DNA from: Candidatus Thorarchaeota archaeon
GTDB taxonomy: Archaea; Asgardarchaeota; Thorarchaeia; Thorarchaeales; Thorarchaeaceae
NCBI GenBank assembly: GCA_048882045.1
Contig: JBHLRZ010000040.1
Span: 1-26,756 of the forward strand
Length of the DNA stretch: 26,756 bases
Direction of reading: 5' to 3'
Shown here: piece after piece, positions 26,501 through 26,756 of the stretch
How the letters are laid out: every line of letters starts with the position of its first letter
Position numbering within the stretch: position 1 is the stretch's first letter
Notes under the pieces: generated by a model
What the model saw: the letters and a program-made list of their open reading frames with translations, nothing else
Databases searched by the model: none
Told to the model about the DNA's origin: nothing
Position numbers and translations under genes: made by a program

Positions 26501-26756
26501 TGGATTTTACTAAAGTCCGGTATCTTTGCTCACTTTCGAAAAGAGCACGCTCAGTCTTTCTACTTCTGACAACATTTCTGATGTAATGCCCAATTTCAGT
26601 GAATAGACTCTCCAAGTCTTCACCCTTTTCTAGGTAGTAATCAGCGCCCAAATTAAGGGCCTGAATTGCCACCTCCTCTCGACTTCTTCCAGTAAATATA
26701 ATGAATGGTGTGTTGCACCCACGGTCTCTTAGCCACTCAAGAATTTGAAGACCATT
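20598..26756 (-). CDS. Giant hybrid sensor histidine kinase: REC (partial) - 14 PAS - HisKA - HATPase_c (5' end outside window)
   Basis: Frame is open to the window edge (NGLQILEWLRDRGCNTPFIIFTGRSREEVAIQALNLGADYYLEKG, the second half of a receiver domain). Fourteen PAS/PAC units end in DIT-like motifs, followed by the H-box SHDLGN, N-box NLLVNAIEHG and G2 GTGLGL. Confidence 0.95.
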   Translation of the reverse strand, partial: NGLQILEWLRDRGCNTPFIIFTGRSREEVAIQALNLGADYYLEKGEDLESLFTEIGHYIRNVVRSRKTERALFESEQRYRTLVKSMSDQIYVLDEQNRFIQFHSPDRNPHLPHPKEILGKPADVVFPSSFMEPFHTFSSEVRATGERESFDFKLSLEAIDKWLTVDLDLHEDQRSIIVIIRDITERQKAENEVKLAEREWRNTFDSLPDLVSVLDNDFRIIKANKSMADALGCSREDLIGRACYEVMHKSDSPFPGCPHIITMETGEKATVEILDPNLGEPYLVTTSPIFEEDGNPAGVVHICHNISERVKAESAIRESESQFRAIFERAGIGMALVTMDGQVLEANEALSEFLGYDNEELLTMKTNDFTHQMDIEHDDMALQNMLDAKETQYRIQKRYVRKDDETVWGKLTVSLIKDAEGFPQATIGMVEDVTAQIQAEILLRAERDRAQSYLDIAEVILVALDIDGNITLINRKGCEVLECSKDEALGQNWFEVFVPQKIQKDTVEFFSELIAGQLNETRIAESLVQTKSGEERIISWVNSVLQNEEGEIVGTLSSGQDISEQRYAERAFEESERKYQTLVENAEEGIIILEPETMTVQFCNSKITRIFGYNVEELTEKGSNGVFELLDESQREPLMNHLINLTNKRSIASQFEIQGYHKSGKRIWLILGSSLIDLEKGPAILITILDITKRKLAEDKLEEEKVRAETYLDMAGTLIIATDSDLNITLINKEGCRILGRPQEEIIGKNWIDDFIPEWKKNEIRNYMLGVISGDRETTPGVPGPVLDVNGNIHWIQWHDVVLTKIEGTSSSILSAGLDITKKKQAEEELRASESRFRLIFDHAPIGMSHAGMDGSLFRVNNALVDMLGYTHDELTRLNVESITHPDDWKEEFRLNQELFEGTRDIYTIEKRYYDKKGQIVWGRLNVSIKRNDAGEPEFIIGMVEDIREKIKLRDDLQSSEEFLNSIIEASPIAINAYDSEGVFIRANKACLDLFGIASEHALEGHNIFSDPNLSENDKQKMLAGETLRSEGIFNFDLFKERTAIETIKSGEEYIESVIAPLGIDSSGNPRGFIIQTLDISERMLAERRLQESEARFRAMFEHAAVGVARVDVSGEILEANNALEDMLGYSSGKLRGISAFDITTQEHREIESRLSRELIEGKRDSYNMIKCYIRKDGREIWGRLTVSLVRNYSGDPEFTIGILEDFTKQKLAEEALKNSEAKFRSIFEKAGIGMTLVGTDDYIIEANSAYQEMLGYSIEELRQLKIADFTHPDDALVDASLFKEVLEKKRNTYQMIKRYITKNGKTIWVNLTVTVVRDNDGEISFIIGMAENISDRISAEEDLKASETKFRQVIDSASMGIHIYELDSENNFILVEKNLAADNILGVNHNDLIGRTIQETFPSLEDREIPSELWDIAKNGSLWKGERVSFEKGQISQALDIFAFQSSPGQVVITFLDSKDRRIAEQTLILSEENLRTLFDTVEDMLFIVGLDTRIITTNKSARERLGYSEEELQGLPAVQLHPVERRDEAAAILQEMIAGKTTFCPVPLMRRDETELPAETQISLGKWQGSTVLFGISRDVSQRLMVEKALEKQVEFLNEVIESLDHPFYVVDVNDYTIQMANRAARNGIEQIEGTCYSITHLNSEPCSGKDHPCPLSEVARTKSRVVTEHIHFDAKGNPRDVEVHAYPVFDDKDEVIQMIEYSIDITERKNALRALEASEQRFRDLFEKAPLGYQTLDVDGEIVNVNQAWLDIMGYTKGDIVGQYLVDFMTSESKELFIDIFPNFKSDGFVRNIEFEMIKSNGTILVARFNGRVAYDENGNFKQTHCIFQDITDWKIADNLLRRQKEELSELAHMMSHDLGNKMKNIRSLAKIMLKNPDGETLQRIDNIAQQSAVLLQASAELADAGMVIEKKEKVDLNTIVREIAETTLPDSISFQVDDLPNVMGSPERISQIFQNLLVNAIEHGKPTKIEVRRIELSTGTSIVIRNDGAIIPANIRSSIFRRGFTTKERGTGLGLSIVKKLVEAHGWSISLEKGKSTGFVITLDSVAA

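Noticed and set aside
20598-26756. Short DNA repeats within the kinase gene as CRISPR or DGR template/variable repeats
   Set aside because: They coincide with conserved PAS motifs (e.g. THPDD). There is no regular repeat-spacer array, no adenine-specific mismatch pair seen, and no cas or reverse transcriptase gene.

Overview
Archaeal chromosomal window, most likely from an Asgard archaeon (Thorarchaeota-like). That assignment is an inference from GGTGA-type SD sites, BRE/TATA promoters, a split methylmalonyl-CoA mutase, a REC-PAS(n)-HK kinase and two longin-domain proteins. Left to right: the tail of a membrane-anchored surface protein, a membrane-tethered wHTH regulator, a methylmalonyl-CoA mutase operon (B12-binding subunit, MeaB, large subunit, epimerase), a TPR protein, threonine aldolase, an MFS transporter and a secreted SOR-like protein. 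Then a longin/roadblock multidomain protein, an internally duplicated V4R/MetOD1-like protein, a DUF420-like membrane protein, BirA, a metallophosphoesterase, RNase HIII, acr3-arsR and a lone HNH protein. The right end holds a 7TM-longin fusion, a 956-aa NLR-like STAND ATPase (P-loop, GxP, MHD), a membrane-anchored MBL hydrolase, a ~515-bp intergenic region with two long-range stem-loops, and a giant 14-PAS hybrid histidine kinase running off the edge. The best candidates for undescribed biology are the NLR-like STAND protein, the 7TM-longin receptor-like fusion, the longin + V4R-like + His-membrane-protein cluster, the twin-hairpin element and the His-brace SOR-like surface protein. All calls come from reading motifs by eye; no database searches were run.
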